Positions 39,810 through 49,826 of a DNA stretch of 64,000 nt are shown piece by piece (the first letter of the stretch is position 1; every line of letters begins with the position of its first letter). Position numbers and translations under genes: made by a program. The notes beneath the pieces were generated by a model. The model had not been told where the DNA came from. It searched no databases and saw nothing but the letters and a program-made list of their open reading frames with translations. The stretch comes from Methylophilaceae bacterium (GTDB lineage Bacteria; Pseudomonadota; Gammaproteobacteria; Burkholderiales; Methylophilaceae), in contig JBLIIL010000004.1 of the NCBI GenBank assembly GCA_047634755.1, positions 1,894-65,893 on the forward strand. Reading direction: 5' to 3'.

Positions 39810-40685
39810 TTAATGAATGGACTTGCTTGCTTTTGCGGTGTTGCTTTTTGCAAAGAGTGTTGCTGCATCGACATGGTCGAATACATATTGTTTATTGCAG
39901 TAATCGCAATTGACTTCAATTTTCTTTTGTTCTGCCAATACTGCATCTACTTCTTCTTTGCCTAACATTTTTAACATATCACTAACGCCTGATCGCGTGC
40001 ATTTGCAGCAAAACTGTGTTGGTTTTGCGTCAAATAAGCGAACATCTTCTTCATTAAACAAATGCATGATTAATTTTTCAAATGCATAGGTATTTAACTC
40101 TGCATCAGTGACTGTATTGGCTAGAATGCTGACTCTATTCCACGCATCAGCATCATGTGATGGCAACTCAGGTAGTTTCTGTAATAGCAAACCGCTAGCG
40201 CTTATACTATCACAGCTGAGCTGTAGGGTAGTCTCTAGTTGCTGTGAACGTAGCATATAGTTTTCTAGCATCTCAGCTATGGAATTGCCCTCAATCGGCA
40301 CAATGCTTTGGTAAGGCTTACCTTCTGTCGGATCTAAGGTAATGACGCATTGACCATCTTTGACCAGATCTAAAAAGTTTGCGTCTTCTGCGATTTCGCC
40401 ATCCCATTTCGCAGTCGCACGGATATTCATATTGGAACTACATTCAACAACCAATAGTTTTAGCTGGCCTTTATTTTGTATCTGCAGCACCAATACACCA
40501 TCCATTTTTAAGGTGGAAGTGAGTAGGGCGCTAGCGGCCATCAACTCACCTAATGCTTTTTTAACAATCAGAGGCAATTGCTGATTAGCTAAAGCAAGAT
40601 GATAGGTGCTATTAAGGTGGACTAGATTGCCTCTAATCGGTGAATCTTCAAAGATAAAGGGGTGTAGCTGATCGTTATTTTCCAT
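39810..40685 (-). CDS. hslO: redox-regulated chaperone Hsp33
   Basis: Zinc centre FCCKC..NCDYCNKQY. The start is set at the ATG at 40685 because the upstream extension in the ORF track runs through the terminator at 40721-40746. Confidence 0.9.
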   Translation of the reverse strand: MENNDQLHPFIFEDSPIRGNLVHLNSTYHLALANQQLPLIVKKALGELMAASALLTSTLKMDGVLVLQIQNKGQLKLLVVECSSNMNIRATAKWDGEIAEDANFLDLVKDGQCVITLDPTEGKPYQSIVPIEGNSIAEMLENYMLRSQQLETTLQLSCDSISASGLLLQKLPELPSHDADAWNRVSILANTVTDAELNTYAFEKLIMHLFNEEDVRLFDAKPTQFCCKCTRSGVSDMLKMLGKEEVDAVLAEQKKIEVNCDYCNKQYVFDHVDAATLFAKSNTAKASKSIH

Positions 40686-40720
40686 AGGTTGTATTTTAAC
40701 ACTGACCAATACAACATAAT

Positions 40721-40746
40721 AAAAAAAGCCCACCAAATGGTGGGCT
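40721..40746 (-). terminator. rho-independent terminator after the TonB-dependent receptor gene
   Basis: On the minus strand, AGCCCACC-AUUU-GGUGGGCU is followed by U7. Confidence 0.8.
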
Positions 40747-40774
40747 TAGTTAAACATAATAAACTGTACTCAGT

Positions 40775-43003
40775 TTAGAATGAGTAGTTCAATGTTGCTC
40801 TAACTGATACAGGTGCGCCTGGTAGTAGGTTATTGTTGTTATGTGAGCTAGCGATGTAGTCTTTATTAGTTAAGTTTTCAACATTAAGTTGTAATGTCGC
40901 TTTTTCACTTAACTTAGCGAAGATAGCTGCATCATAGCGTGTGTAGCCAGGAATTAAAGTGTTCCCCGTTACTTGTTCAGTTGCCGCATACATTTCTGAA
41001 CGACCTACCACACCTAGTGCTACAGACCACACGTTATTGATTTTGTATTTATTCCACAATGAGAATAAATGATCTGGTGTTTCGCCTAGTTCAGCCCCTT
41101 TTTCTGCAGTAATAGCGCCTGGTGCACCTTGATCTTTAGTAAGCTCACCATCTTGATAAGTATAAGCAGCAATAACTGACCATTTATCTGTCACGTTACC
41201 AGCTAAGCTAAGCTCTACACCTTGTGTTTCTTGCCCATCAAGAAGTGTACTAATACCAGCTTCATTAGGGTCATTTGCGACTAAATTTTCGCGCTCTAAT
41301 AGGTAAGTAGCCGCTGTAAATGATAAGTTCGGATTAATATCCCATTTAACACCAACTTCTTTATTGATGAACTTCTCCGGATCAAACAAGTCGGGGTTGG
41401 TTTCAATGTTTCTCAAGCCTTGTAGCTGATCGCCTGTTCTTGGTGCATATGAGATGCTATAGCTTGCATACAACGAAGTGTTATTAGTTGGCTTGAAAAT
41501 CAAACCGGCTCTAGGTGACCAGAATGCATCAGTGGTATCTACACTTGCTTCATCACCTGGTCTAACATTTTTATAATCAGTTTCGAAAATATCACGTCTT
41601 AAACCAGCAATTACTTGCCATTGGTCATTAAATTCAACTTGGTCTTGGATGTAATAGCCTTGACTACTAATTTGCGTGTCTTGTCCTTTAGCAAGATTAG
41701 ATCTAGAGAAGCTTGCATTAACTGTTGGATTGTTAACATCAACAGCACCTGCACCAGCAATGCTAGAAGAAGTTGTGCCTGGTTGACTTACAAAACGAGC
41801 TTGTTCATTATCTTGATCAACGAGCTCGATACCTGCTAAAACGGTATGTTTTGTCGTGCCCCAATCAAATGGAATCGTTACGTCAGTTTGATTAATGAGG
41901 TTTTTACGATCTACTTCATCACGGTAACCACTTAATTTAACTGTATTTGCAGCAGTCACTGAACCACTAGCATAGATGTTTTGGTAAAACTTGTCGTAGT
42001 CTGTGTAACGTGTACTATTTTTAATTTTTACATTGTTGTCAAAAGTATGGTCAATCGACACGTTGAAAGACTTTGTTTCCGCTTCGTTTGGACTTAAACG
42101 TGCATTACCAAAGAATTTGTCTTGGTTTTTTCTTAAGTTAAATGGTCTTCTGTTGTCACCAGTAGCATTATCTACTGATGGGATACCACGGTCACCAATG
42201 CGTTGGTCTTTAAAGTATTCAGCAGACAAGTTGATGCTAGTTTGTTCGCTTAGGTTAAATGTGAAGGTAGGAGCTACACCATATCGCTCTAAATTTACGC
42301 CATCACGGAATGAGTCCGAATCTTCGTACACTGCATTAATTCTAAACGCAACATTGTCAGTTAGTGCTTGACCAAAGTCACCAGTAAAGCGCTTTTGATC
42401 CCATGCACCATAAGTTAAAGACACGTCTTCAACTGGGTCCCAGCCTGCTTTTTTAGTCACACGGTTAATCACACCCCCAGCACCACCACGGCCAAAAATC
42501 ATGCCATTAGGGCCTTTTAGTACTTCTACACGGTCTGTATTGTACAGGTCGCGGAACATTTGAATGTCATCACGCATTCCATCTAAGAAAATATCACTAG
42601 TTGTTCTGTTGCCACGAAATACGAGTGCATCACGGTTACCTTCTCCTTGTGAAGCCATCACACCGGGCACATAACGCACAACATCTGAAATGCTTAACGC
42701 TGATTGATCTTTTATCACATCCTGTGTGATGACTGTAATTGCTTGTGGCACATTAATCAGTGGCGTATCTGTTTTTGTTGAAGCACTTGATTTTTTCGCG
42801 TTGTAGCCTTTAACGGGTTTCGTGTCGCTAACCCTTTTGCCAACCACTTCAACTGTGTCTAAAGCGATTTCTTCTACAGCCATGGCAAATGATGAAAATG
42901 CAAAGCTGATGGCAGTTGAAAGCTGCAAGGTGCGAATAACTGACTTTTTTAGTTTTGATACTTGATTGGTTTGGTCTTGGGTTGTTTTTACACGGTTAGT
43001 CAT
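40775..43003 (-). CDS. TonB-dependent siderophore receptor
   Basis: 742 aa with a signal peptide, a plug domain (..VEVLKGPNGMIFGRGGAGGVIN..), a beta-barrel and a terminal ..TLNYSF. Confidence 0.9.
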   Translation of the reverse strand: MTNRVKTTQDQTNQVSKLKKSVIRTLQLSTAISFAFSSFAMAVEEIALDTVEVVGKRVSDTKPVKGYNAKKSSASTKTDTPLINVPQAITVITQDVIKDQSALSISDVVRYVPGVMASQGEGNRDALVFRGNRTTSDIFLDGMRDDIQMFRDLYNTDRVEVLKGPNGMIFGRGGAGGVINRVTKKAGWDPVEDVSLTYGAWDQKRFTGDFGQALTDNVAFRINAVYEDSDSFRDGVNLERYGVAPTFTFNLSEQTSINLSAEYFKDQRIGDRGIPSVDNATGDNRRPFNLRKNQDKFFGNARLSPNEAETKSFNVSIDHTFDNNVKIKNSTRYTDYDKFYQNIYASGSVTAANTVKLSGYRDEVDRKNLINQTDVTIPFDWGTTKHTVLAGIELVDQDNEQARFVSQPGTTSSSIAGAGAVDVNNPTVNASFSRSNLAKGQDTQISSQGYYIQDQVEFNDQWQVIAGLRRDIFETDYKNVRPGDEASVDTTDAFWSPRAGLIFKPTNNTSLYASYSISYAPRTGDQLQGLRNIETNPDLFDPEKFINKEVGVKWDINPNLSFTAATYLLERENLVANDPNEAGISTLLDGQETQGVELSLAGNVTDKWSVIAAYTYQDGELTKDQGAPGAITAEKGAELGETPDHLFSLWNKYKINNVWSVALGVVGRSEMYAATEQVTGNTLIPGYTRYDAAIFAKLSEKATLQLNVENLTNKDYIASSHNNNNLLPGAPVSVRATLNYSF

Positions 43004-43047
43004 AAGGTGGGTTACCTATTTATATTTATATGAGATGTAATTATAAT

Positions 43048-43066
43048 CGTAATGATAATAGTTATC
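43048..43066. promoter_or_regulatory. Fur box candidate upstream of the TonB-dependent receptor
   Basis: CGTAATGATAATAGTTATC matches about 15 of 19 positions of GATAATGATAATCATTATC. It lies 45 nt upstream of the ATG. Confidence 0.6.
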
Positions 43067-43131
43067 AATAGCATTTATAAGATATATTTATGATTATGTT
43101 CGATTGTGTAGCAAGGTGTTGATGAAGGCCG

Positions 43132-44001
43132 CTAAATAGAAGGGCTTGCTGGCCAGGCTTGAATAGCCCATTCCCAGCAATCACCGCTTATTGCAGACGC
43201 TAAATGCGCAGGTGGGTTTAATGTTAAAAATTCAAATGCACGGCATAAGTGAGTAGAAACTGAATCTAGCGGTAGTGGATCTGCTTGCGTTTGTTTACTT
43301 AACTTTTGGCCAAGTGTATTCGTCACAATTGGTGTATGCCTATAAATTGGCTGGGTAAACCCTAAAGCATCTTGCATCAGGATCTGTCTAGCAGTTGAAG
43401 TCAGCAAATCCTCCCCGCGGACCACATGGGTTACGCCTTGCGCAGCATCATCTACAACAACAGCGAGCTGATAGGCAAATAAGCCATCGGCGCGTTTAAT
43501 CACAAAATCACCAATTTCTGTTGCAACGTGCTGGCTTTGCAATCCAAGTGCCATATCGTTAAAGCGCGTCTCTTGATCAGCTGTTTTGAAACGCCAGGCC
43601 GGTGTTTTATTTAAGTCTATTGCTTGATGTAAGCAAGTTTGAGGGTAGATGGCGACTTCTATGCCTTTTTGTTCAGCGATGTCTGCAATGGTTTTGCGTG
43701 AACAGGTGCATGGGTAAACCATACCTAGTGACTTTAGCTCATCCAATGCCGCTTGATAAGCAGTGCTACGCGCACTTTGATAAAGAATGTCACCATCCCA
43801 AACAAAGCCATAGACTTGCAATGTATTGATAATGTCATCGCTTACACCCACGACTTCTCTGGGTCGGTCGAGATCTTCTATACGCAGTAACCACTGTCCT
43901 TGATTTGCTTTTGCATCGCAGTAACTGGCGACAGCAGCCACTAAAGAACCAAAATGCAAAGGACCAGTAGGTGAAGGAGCGAATCGGCCTATGTATTGCA
44001 T
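43132..44001 (-). CDS. gluQ: glutamyl-Q tRNA(Asp) synthetase
   Basis: 289 aa consisting only of a GluRS catalytic domain, with ..RFAPSPTGPLHFGSL.. Confidence 0.9.
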   Translation of the reverse strand: MQYIGRFAPSPTGPLHFGSLVAAVASYCDAKANQGQWLLRIEDLDRPREVVGVSDDIINTLQVYGFVWDGDILYQSARSTAYQAALDELKSLGMVYPCTCSRKTIADIAEQKGIEVAIYPQTCLHQAIDLNKTPAWRFKTADQETRFNDMALGLQSQHVATEIGDFVIKRADGLFAYQLAVVVDDAAQGVTHVVRGEDLLTSTARQILMQDALGFTQPIYRHTPIVTNTLGQKLSKQTQADPLPLDSVSTHLCRAFEFLTLNPPAHLASAISGDCWEWAIQAWPASPSI

Positions 44002-44036
44002 GCTGTTAGTTTTAGACGCGAGTCTGGATTAGGGTG

Positions 44037-44351
44037 TTAATGCACTGGTTGCAAGTAAGGCGGAATATCCCAGCCTTTTAGTTGTTTGCCGAGCAGTTCT
44101 AGACTACACGATAAGCGATTTCGACCATCTGCACTGACTTCAAATTCATAGAGACGAACGATTTTCATATGCCCATGATTATTGCGCGCAAGGCTAAGTT
44201 TTTTACAGGCAATGGTTTCATCCAGTAGTTGCAACTCATAGCGGCTGGCTAGCTCTTTACCTGTAAAGATGGCAATTTCGCGTTTGGAGATGGAATCTAA
44301 CCAAAACCAAGCAATCAGTAACACAATAATAAGTAATAAGATTTCGAACAT
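44037..44351 (-). CDS. small membrane-anchored protein (DUF3301-like)
   Basis: 104 aa with an N-terminal TM helix. The family assignment is from memory only. Confidence 0.55.
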   Translation of the reverse strand: MFEILLLIIVLLIAWFWLDSISKREIAIFTGKELASRYELQLLDETIACKKLSLARNNHGHMKIVRLYEFEVSADGRNRLSCSLELLGKQLKGWDIPPYLQPVH

Positions 44352-44670
44352 AAATTATTTTAGTTTCTTAAGTGATAATAAAGGAGCGTAAATATACAAC
44401 ATGTATGAAGTTTATATTAAATTGCATAAAAGCAAAGGTTTTCTAGCGGAACCCATTGCTATTCGGGTTGGTTTTTTGAATAAGCTGACGCTGTTGTGAG
44501 CTGGCAAAACTTAATGCAATCCACGTGGATATGAACTAAAATAGTGCAATATTAAGTCGGTTATTAATCAAAGCCATTTAAAATCAATTGCTTATGGCTT
44601 TTATTGCTTTTTGCCTTTTTAATCCAAAAACTAAAATAATGGTTAAAGTAACTAAATTAGGGGAGTTTAA

Positions 44671-45861
44671 GTGGAACAATTAGTGACAGCAAACGATACC
44701 TTGTTCGTATTGTTAGGCGCGATTATGGTGCTGGCAATGCATGCGGGTTTTGCATTCTTAGAAGTCGGTACGGTCCGTAGTAAAAACCAAGTCAATGCAC
44801 TGGTTAAGATTTTAGTGGATTTTTGTGTCTCTACCATCGCATATTTTTTTATTGGCTATAGTATTGCTTATGGGGTTACTTTCTTTAGTAGTGCAGAAGT
44901 ACTTTCGGCAAAAAGTGGCTTTGAATTAGTTAAATTCTTCTTCTTACTGACTTTTGCCGCCGCTATTCCAGCGATTATCTCTGGCGGTATTGCCGAACGA
45001 GCAAAATTCAACCCGCAAGTGGCCGCGACATTTTTAATTGTTGGCCTTGTTTATCCCTTTTTCGAAGGCATTGTCTGGAATGGTCATTATGGTGTTCAAG
45101 ATTGGTTTGCTACTCAGTTTGGCGCTGGCTTTCATGACTTTGCTGGTTCAGTTGTTGTGCATGCAATGGGTGGCTGGTTAGCATTAGCCGCTGTGATTTT
45201 GCTAGGTTCACGTCATGGCCGATATGGTAAGGATGGGAAAATTTATGTACATCCACCATCAAGCATTCCATTTTTAGCATTAGGCGCATGGATTCTTACC
45301 GTTGGTTGGTTTGGATTTAATGTCATGTCTGCACAAAGTATTGAAGGTATTACAGGTTTAGTGGCTGTGAACTCGCTAATGGCGTTAGTAGGCGGTACGT
45401 TAGCCGCGCTTTTCTTTGGTAAAAACGACCCGGGTTTTGTCCATAATGGCCCATTAGCAGGTCTAGTGGCGGTGTGTGCTGGTTCAGATATCATGCATCC
45501 GTTGGGTGCTTTAGCGACTGGCTTAATTGCAGGTGGTTTATTTGTATGGACATTTACTTATACCCAAAATCGTTTGAAAGTGGATGATGTACTTGGTGTG
45601 TGGCCATTGCATGGTTTATGTGGCGCTTGGGGCGGTGTCGCTGCGGGTATCTTTGGCAGTCAAGCACTTGGCGGTATGGGCGGTGTTAGTTTGGCAGTAC
45701 AAGTGATTGGTACGTTAATGGGTATTTCTGTTGCTTTAATCGGTGGGTTTGTTATTTATGGTGGATTAAAGAAAACCATGGGTATTCGGATGTCTGACGA
45801 AGAGCAATATGATGGTGCTGATTTAAGTATTCATAAAATCAGTGCTACAGGAGAAGACTAA
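44671..45861 (+). CDS. amt: ammonium transporter (Amt family)
   Basis: 396 aa with a GTG start preceded by AGGGGAG, about 11 TM helices and typical Amt motifs (..FAGSVVVHAMGGW..). Confidence 0.93.
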   Translation: MEQLVTANDTLFVLLGAIMVLAMHAGFAFLEVGTVRSKNQVNALVKILVDFCVSTIAYFFIGYSIAYGVTFFSSAEVLSAKSGFELVKFFFLLTFAAAIPAIISGGIAERAKFNPQVAATFLIVGLVYPFFEGIVWNGHYGVQDWFATQFGAGFHDFAGSVVVHAMGGWLALAAVILLGSRHGRYGKDGKIYVHPPSSIPFLALGAWILTVGWFGFNVMSAQSIEGITGLVAVNSLMALVGGTLAALFFGKNDPGFVHNGPLAGLVAVCAGSDIMHPLGALATGLIAGGLFVWTFTYTQNRLKVDDVLGVWPLHGLCGAWGGVAAGIFGSQALGGMGGVSLAVQVIGTLMGISVALIGGFVIYGGLKKTMGIRMSDEEQYDGADLSIHKISATGED

Positions 45862-45901
45862 TATTTTGAAAATGATTGGTGTTTTAAATGATTGGACGAA
45901 G

Positions 45902-45932
45902 AGCGGCGAGGCAATACCTTGCCGCTTCTTTA
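45902..45932 (+). terminator. hairpin terminator after amt
   Basis: AGCGGCGAGG (45902-45911) pairs with CCTTGCCGCT (45917-45926) to form a 10-bp stem with one G-U pair, followed by a weak T-tract. Confidence 0.55.
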
Positions 45933-45972
45933 ATCCATAATCCATGACACACTAATCCATAATCACTTAGTG

Positions 45973-46640
45973 TTAAAAAATCTCAACCTCACCGCTGCTT
46001 GACTCTTTCTCTTTCAAAGCACCAGAAGCGATTAATTGCTCATACTGACATATGTTGTTGACCTGTTTGAAATATTCTAGATCAAAATAGCTAAGTAGGA
46101 ATGCGCATCAGTTTTATTTTGGATATGATTTTTCAAACCGGTAATGATGTCATTGATTTTAAAGTTAAATGTTTTTCTATTGAGTAAATCAGTTAATGTG
46201 TCGCGCTCATTCTCGCGGATGAGAGACATAAAGTTATGATAAATCGTTAAAATTTGCAGCATTAAACTATGGTTCGATGCATGGCTTGCTTCTTCTACAG
46301 TAATGATTGCTTGTTGCTTTTGTTTTGAGCACATTAATGGGGATAGTATTAATTTTTTATTATTTTTCAAGAGTACTGTTGATATCTTTACCGTTGTTAG
46401 ACACTCAAACAATGCATTTACAATACTTTCTGGAAGGACTTCGTTTTCAGGCTGCGCTTGATTGTTGGAAATAGTATGTTTTGCTCTGGTAATATTGCCC
46501 GCACTGTACAGCGTCGTGTTATCGACACTGGCTAGCGTGAGTAATATTTGCGACAAGGATGATTCCAGCACGTCAGAATCTCTTTCGCCGGCGAGCAAAA
46601 TAATTTTATCTAGCACTGCTGGGAGGTTTGTTTCTGACAT
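45973..46640 (-). pseudogene. truncated GGDEF protein (sensor domain plus the first ~25 residues of GGDEF, then frameshifted and deleted)
   Basis: The sequence ..RDTLTDLLNRKTF..AHSYLAILI* stops at 46077. The expected DLEYFKQVNN.. continues in another frame to TAA at 45973-45975. The remainder of the GGDEF domain is absent. Confidence 0.7.
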
Positions 46641-46773
46641 GCTGTTTAAGTTTTTCGCTTAAATCTCATATATTTTTAATATTATTCTAAACTAAATGAC
46701 TGAGTGCTTGTTAAAGATTGCCTATATTTCACGATTCTACCAATCAGTTATTCCATCATGCTAAACTTGGCGT

Positions 46774-47475
46774 ATGACGAGATTCCATGTAATTATTCCT
46801 GCGGCAGGTGTTGGAGCGAGGATGGAAAATGCGCTGCCAAAGCAGTATTTGTCTCTTGCAGGTAAGCCAATTATTGCGCATATCATTCAAACTTTTTTTA
46901 CGCACCCTCGTATTGCCAGCATTCACTTGGCTTTTAGCTCAGAAGATAAGTTCTGGAATGATATAGCACTGAAAGAAGATAGCCGCTTACATATACACTA
47001 TACGGGTGGTGAAAGCCGTTCTGAGACGGTGCTCAATACCTTAGAGACGATGCATGTTGATGCTGATGATTGGGTGCTTGTTCATGATGCGGCAAGGCCA
47101 GGCTTGACACATGATGCGCTTGATCGTTTGCTAGAAACGTTGGTAGAAGATGACGTTGGTGGCTTGTTAGCACTGCCAGTGGCGGACACAATTAAAAAAT
47201 CGAATGAAATGAATGTGGTTAATCAAACGGTTGCCAGACAAAATTTATGGCAAGCACAAACGCCGCAAATGTTTCATTATGCGATGCTAAAACAAGCATT
47301 GATTAAGTATGATGGGTTGCCAACCGATGAAGCGGAAGCAGTGGAGGCCTTAGGCTTTAGTCCTAAGCTGGTACATGGTGAATTACGCAATTTAAAAGTG
47401 ACTTATCCAGCAGACTTGGCTTTATTAGAAATGATATTCGAACACGCGGCTAAACAAACAGAGGAACAAGCGTAA
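46774..47475 (+). CDS. ispD: 2-C-methyl-D-erythritol 4-phosphate cytidylyltransferase
   Basis: 233 aa with ..[11 protein letters not shown].. and ..VLVHDAARP.. Confidence 0.95.
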   Translation: MTRFHVIIPAAGVGARMENALPKQYLSLAGKPIIAHIIQTFFTHPRIASIHLAFSSEDKFWNDIALKEDSRLHIHYTGGESRSETVLNTLETMHVDADDWVLVHDAARPGLTHDALDRLLETLVEDDVGGLLALPVADTIKKSNEMNVVNQTVARQNLWQAQTPQMFHYAMLKQALIKYDGLPTDEAEAVEALGFSPKLVHGELRNLKVTYPADLALLEMIFEHAAKQTEEQA

Positions 47476-47948
47476 TGCGTATAGGGCAAGGTTTTGATGT
47501 ACATCGATTAGTGAAAGGTCGCCCCTGTATTATTGGTGGCGTCACTATCGCGCATGATAAAGGTTTAGATGGACATTCTGATGCAGATGTCTTGCTACAT
47601 GCGATTTGCGATGCGCTACTAGGCGCTGCCGCTTTAGGCGATATTGGCAAACATTTTCCGCCTACAGATAATCGCTACAAAGGTATTGATTCCCGCACGC
47701 TATTAACAGAAGTGGTGAGTTTACTTGCAAGGAAGGCCTATGTGATTGGCAATATCGATGCCACTGTTATTTGCGAAGTGCCCAAACTCAGCCCACATAC
47801 GTCGCAAATGTGCGCCAATATTGCGCAAGATTGTGGCGTTGCTATTGGTCAAATCAATATCAAAGCCACCACCACTGAAAAGCTAGGTTTTACTGGCCGT
47901 GGTGAAGGCATTGCTGCTGAAGCCGTTTGTCTTATTGTGAAACGGTAG
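47475..47948 (+). CDS. ispF: 2-C-methyl-D-erythritol 2,4-cyclodiphosphate synthase
   Basis: 157 aa with [12 protein letters not shown] and [11 protein letters not shown]. There is a TAATG overlap with ispD. Confidence 0.95.
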   Translation: MRIGQGFDVHRLVKGRPCIIGGVTIAHDKGLDGHSDADVLLHAICDALLGAAALGDIGKHFPPTDNRYKGIDSRTLLTEVVSLLARKAYVIGNIDATVICEVPKLSPHTSQMCANIAQDCGVAIGQINIKATTTEKLGFTGRGEGIAAEAVCLIVKR

Positions 47949-47953
47949 TCTCT

Positions 47954-49804
47954 ATGTTCCCTCGTTTTTTTGCCCGCTTGTTTTCTAAATTCGAGCAACT
48001 GGTTAATCCTTTTCCTAAGGATTCTATTCAAGCACCACCAAAACGTTTTTGGACCTTTATCTGGACGTGTACGGCTGGTATGCGACCGTTTCTATTGGGC
48101 ATGACCATGCTCACTGCGTTATTGGGCGTTTTTGAAGCGTTGCTATTTGCCATGATGGGCCGTGTCGTTGATTGGCTAGGTGACACGCCACCCGCTTTGT
48201 TTTGGGGCTTAGAACAACAGACTTTAATCATATTGGCCGTTATTCTGCTTTCCAGTACTTTCATGCTTGGCTTGCAATTGCTACTCAAACATCAAGCGCT
48301 AGCAGGTAATTTTCCTATGCGTATGCGTTGGAATTTCCATCGTTTAATGTTGCAACAAAGCATGAGCTTTTACCAAGATGAGTTCGCGGGCCGCGTATCA
48401 GCGAAAGTCATGCAAACCGCATTAGCGGTGCGTGATGTGTGGTTTATCGTATCGGAAATCATGGTGTTTGTGACCATCTACTTTGTCACCATGATTGCTA
48501 TTATTGGCAGCTTTAACCCATTGATTATCGTTCCTTTTTTAACATGGCTCACGCTATACGGTAGTGCGCTGACTTACTTTGTCCCTAGGTTGAGTAAAGT
48601 CTCACAACAGCAAGCTGATGCGCGGTCATTGATGACAGGGCGTATTACCGATGCTTATACCAATATCAGCACAGTGAAGTTGTTCTCACATGCAGGCCGT
48701 GAAGCTGATTATGCACAAGGCGCGATGACTGAACTTTTAGGTACGGTGCACAAGCAAATGCGCTTAGTCAGTACGCTTGGTGCCATTAACCATTTATTGA
48801 ATATGGTGCTCATTATTACGAGCGGTGGCTTTGGTTTATTGTTATGGACACAAGGTCAAATGAGCGTCGGAGGCATCGCAGCGATTGCGGCCATGTGTTT
48901 ACGCTTAAATGGAATTTCACATTGGGTGATGTGGGAATTGACAACCTTGTATGAGCAAATCGGCACGGTACATGACGGTATTAATACCTTATCCATGCCG
49001 CATAGCATTGTCGATGAGCCAAATGCACTACCATTGCAAGTGAATCAAGGCCATGTACAGTTTAATCAAGTCAGCTTTGCTTACCCAGAGCAAAAGCAGG
49101 TATTAGAGAACTTTCAACTGGATATTCAATCAGGTGAAAAAGTCGGTTTGGTCGGGCGTTCTGGCGCGGGAAAATCAACAATGGTTAGTTTGCTACTGCG
49201 CTTTTATGAAGTTCAGCAAGGCGAGATTTTGATTGATGGTCAAAACGTACAAGCTGTGACACAGAACAGCCTGCGTGAACGCATCGGCATGGTGACGCAA
49301 GATACGTCTTTATTACACAGAAGTGTACGCGACAATATTCTATACGGCCGTCCTGATGCATCCGATGCTGACATGATTGCCGCCGCTAAACGCGCTGAAG
49401 CACACGACTTCATTCTGCAATTACGCGATGCCAAAGGCCGCCGAGGCTATGATGCCCATGTGGGTGAGCGCGGTGTGAAATTATCTGGCGGACAACGGCA
49501 GCGTATTGCCATCGCACGTGTGATGCTCAAAGACGCACCTATCTTATTATTAGACGAGGCAACTAGCGCGTTAGATAGCGAAGTAGAAGCTGTGATTCAG
49601 GAAAGTCTATACAACTTGATGCAGGGTAAAACCGTGGTCGCAATTGCGCACCGCTTATCCACAATTGCTGCCATGGATAGGTTGATTGTATTAGAAGAGG
49701 GTAGTATCGTCGAAGAGGGCAGTCACCAAGCCTTACTTGCTAAAAAAGGACTTTATGCCAGCTTTTGGGCACACCAAAGTGGTGGTTTTTTAGGCGAAGA
49801 GTAA
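47954..49804 (+). CDS. fused permease/ATPase ABC exporter
   Basis: Six-TM domain plus an NBD with Walker A GRSGAGKST, signature LSGGQRQR and Walker B LLLDEATSALD. The ATG at 47954 is preferred over the upstream extension that overlaps ispF. Confidence 0.9.
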   Translation: MFPRFFARLFSKFEQLVNPFPKDSIQAPPKRFWTFIWTCTAGMRPFLLGMTMLTALLGVFEALLFAMMGRVVDWLGDTPPALFWGLEQQTLIILAVILLSSTFMLGLQLLLKHQALAGNFPMRMRWNFHRLMLQQSMSFYQDEFAGRVSAKVMQTALAVRDVWFIVSEIMVFVTIYFVTMIAIIGSFNPLIIVPFLTWLTLYGSALTYFVPRLSKVSQQQADARSLMTGRITDAYTNISTVKLFSHAGREADYAQGAMTELLGTVHKQMRLVSTLGAINHLLNMVLIITSGGFGLLLWTQGQMSVGGIAAIAAMCLRLNGISHWVMWELTTLYEQIGTVHDGINTLSMPHSIVDEPNALPLQVNQGHVQFNQVSFAYPEQKQVLENFQLDIQSGEKVGLVGRSGAGKSTMVSLLLRFYEVQQGEILIDGQNVQAVTQNSLRERIGMVTQDTSLLHRSVRDNILYGRPDASDADMIAAAKRAEAHDFILQLRDAKGRRGYDAHVGERGVKLSGGQRQRIAIARVMLKDAPILLLDEATSALDSEVEAVIQESLYNLMQGKTVVAIAHRLSTIAAMDRLIVLEEGSIVEEGSHQALLAKKGLYASFWAHQSGGFLGEE

Positions 49805-49826
49805 GCATGCTATTTCCTGTCTTTAC

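Noticed and set aside
44502-44517. Sigma-54-like TGGCA..TGCA upstream of amt
   Set aside because: The GG-to-GC spacing is 11 nt rather than the 10 nt of the TGGCAC-N5-TTGC consensus, and the -12 element is only GC. That is not good enough to call.
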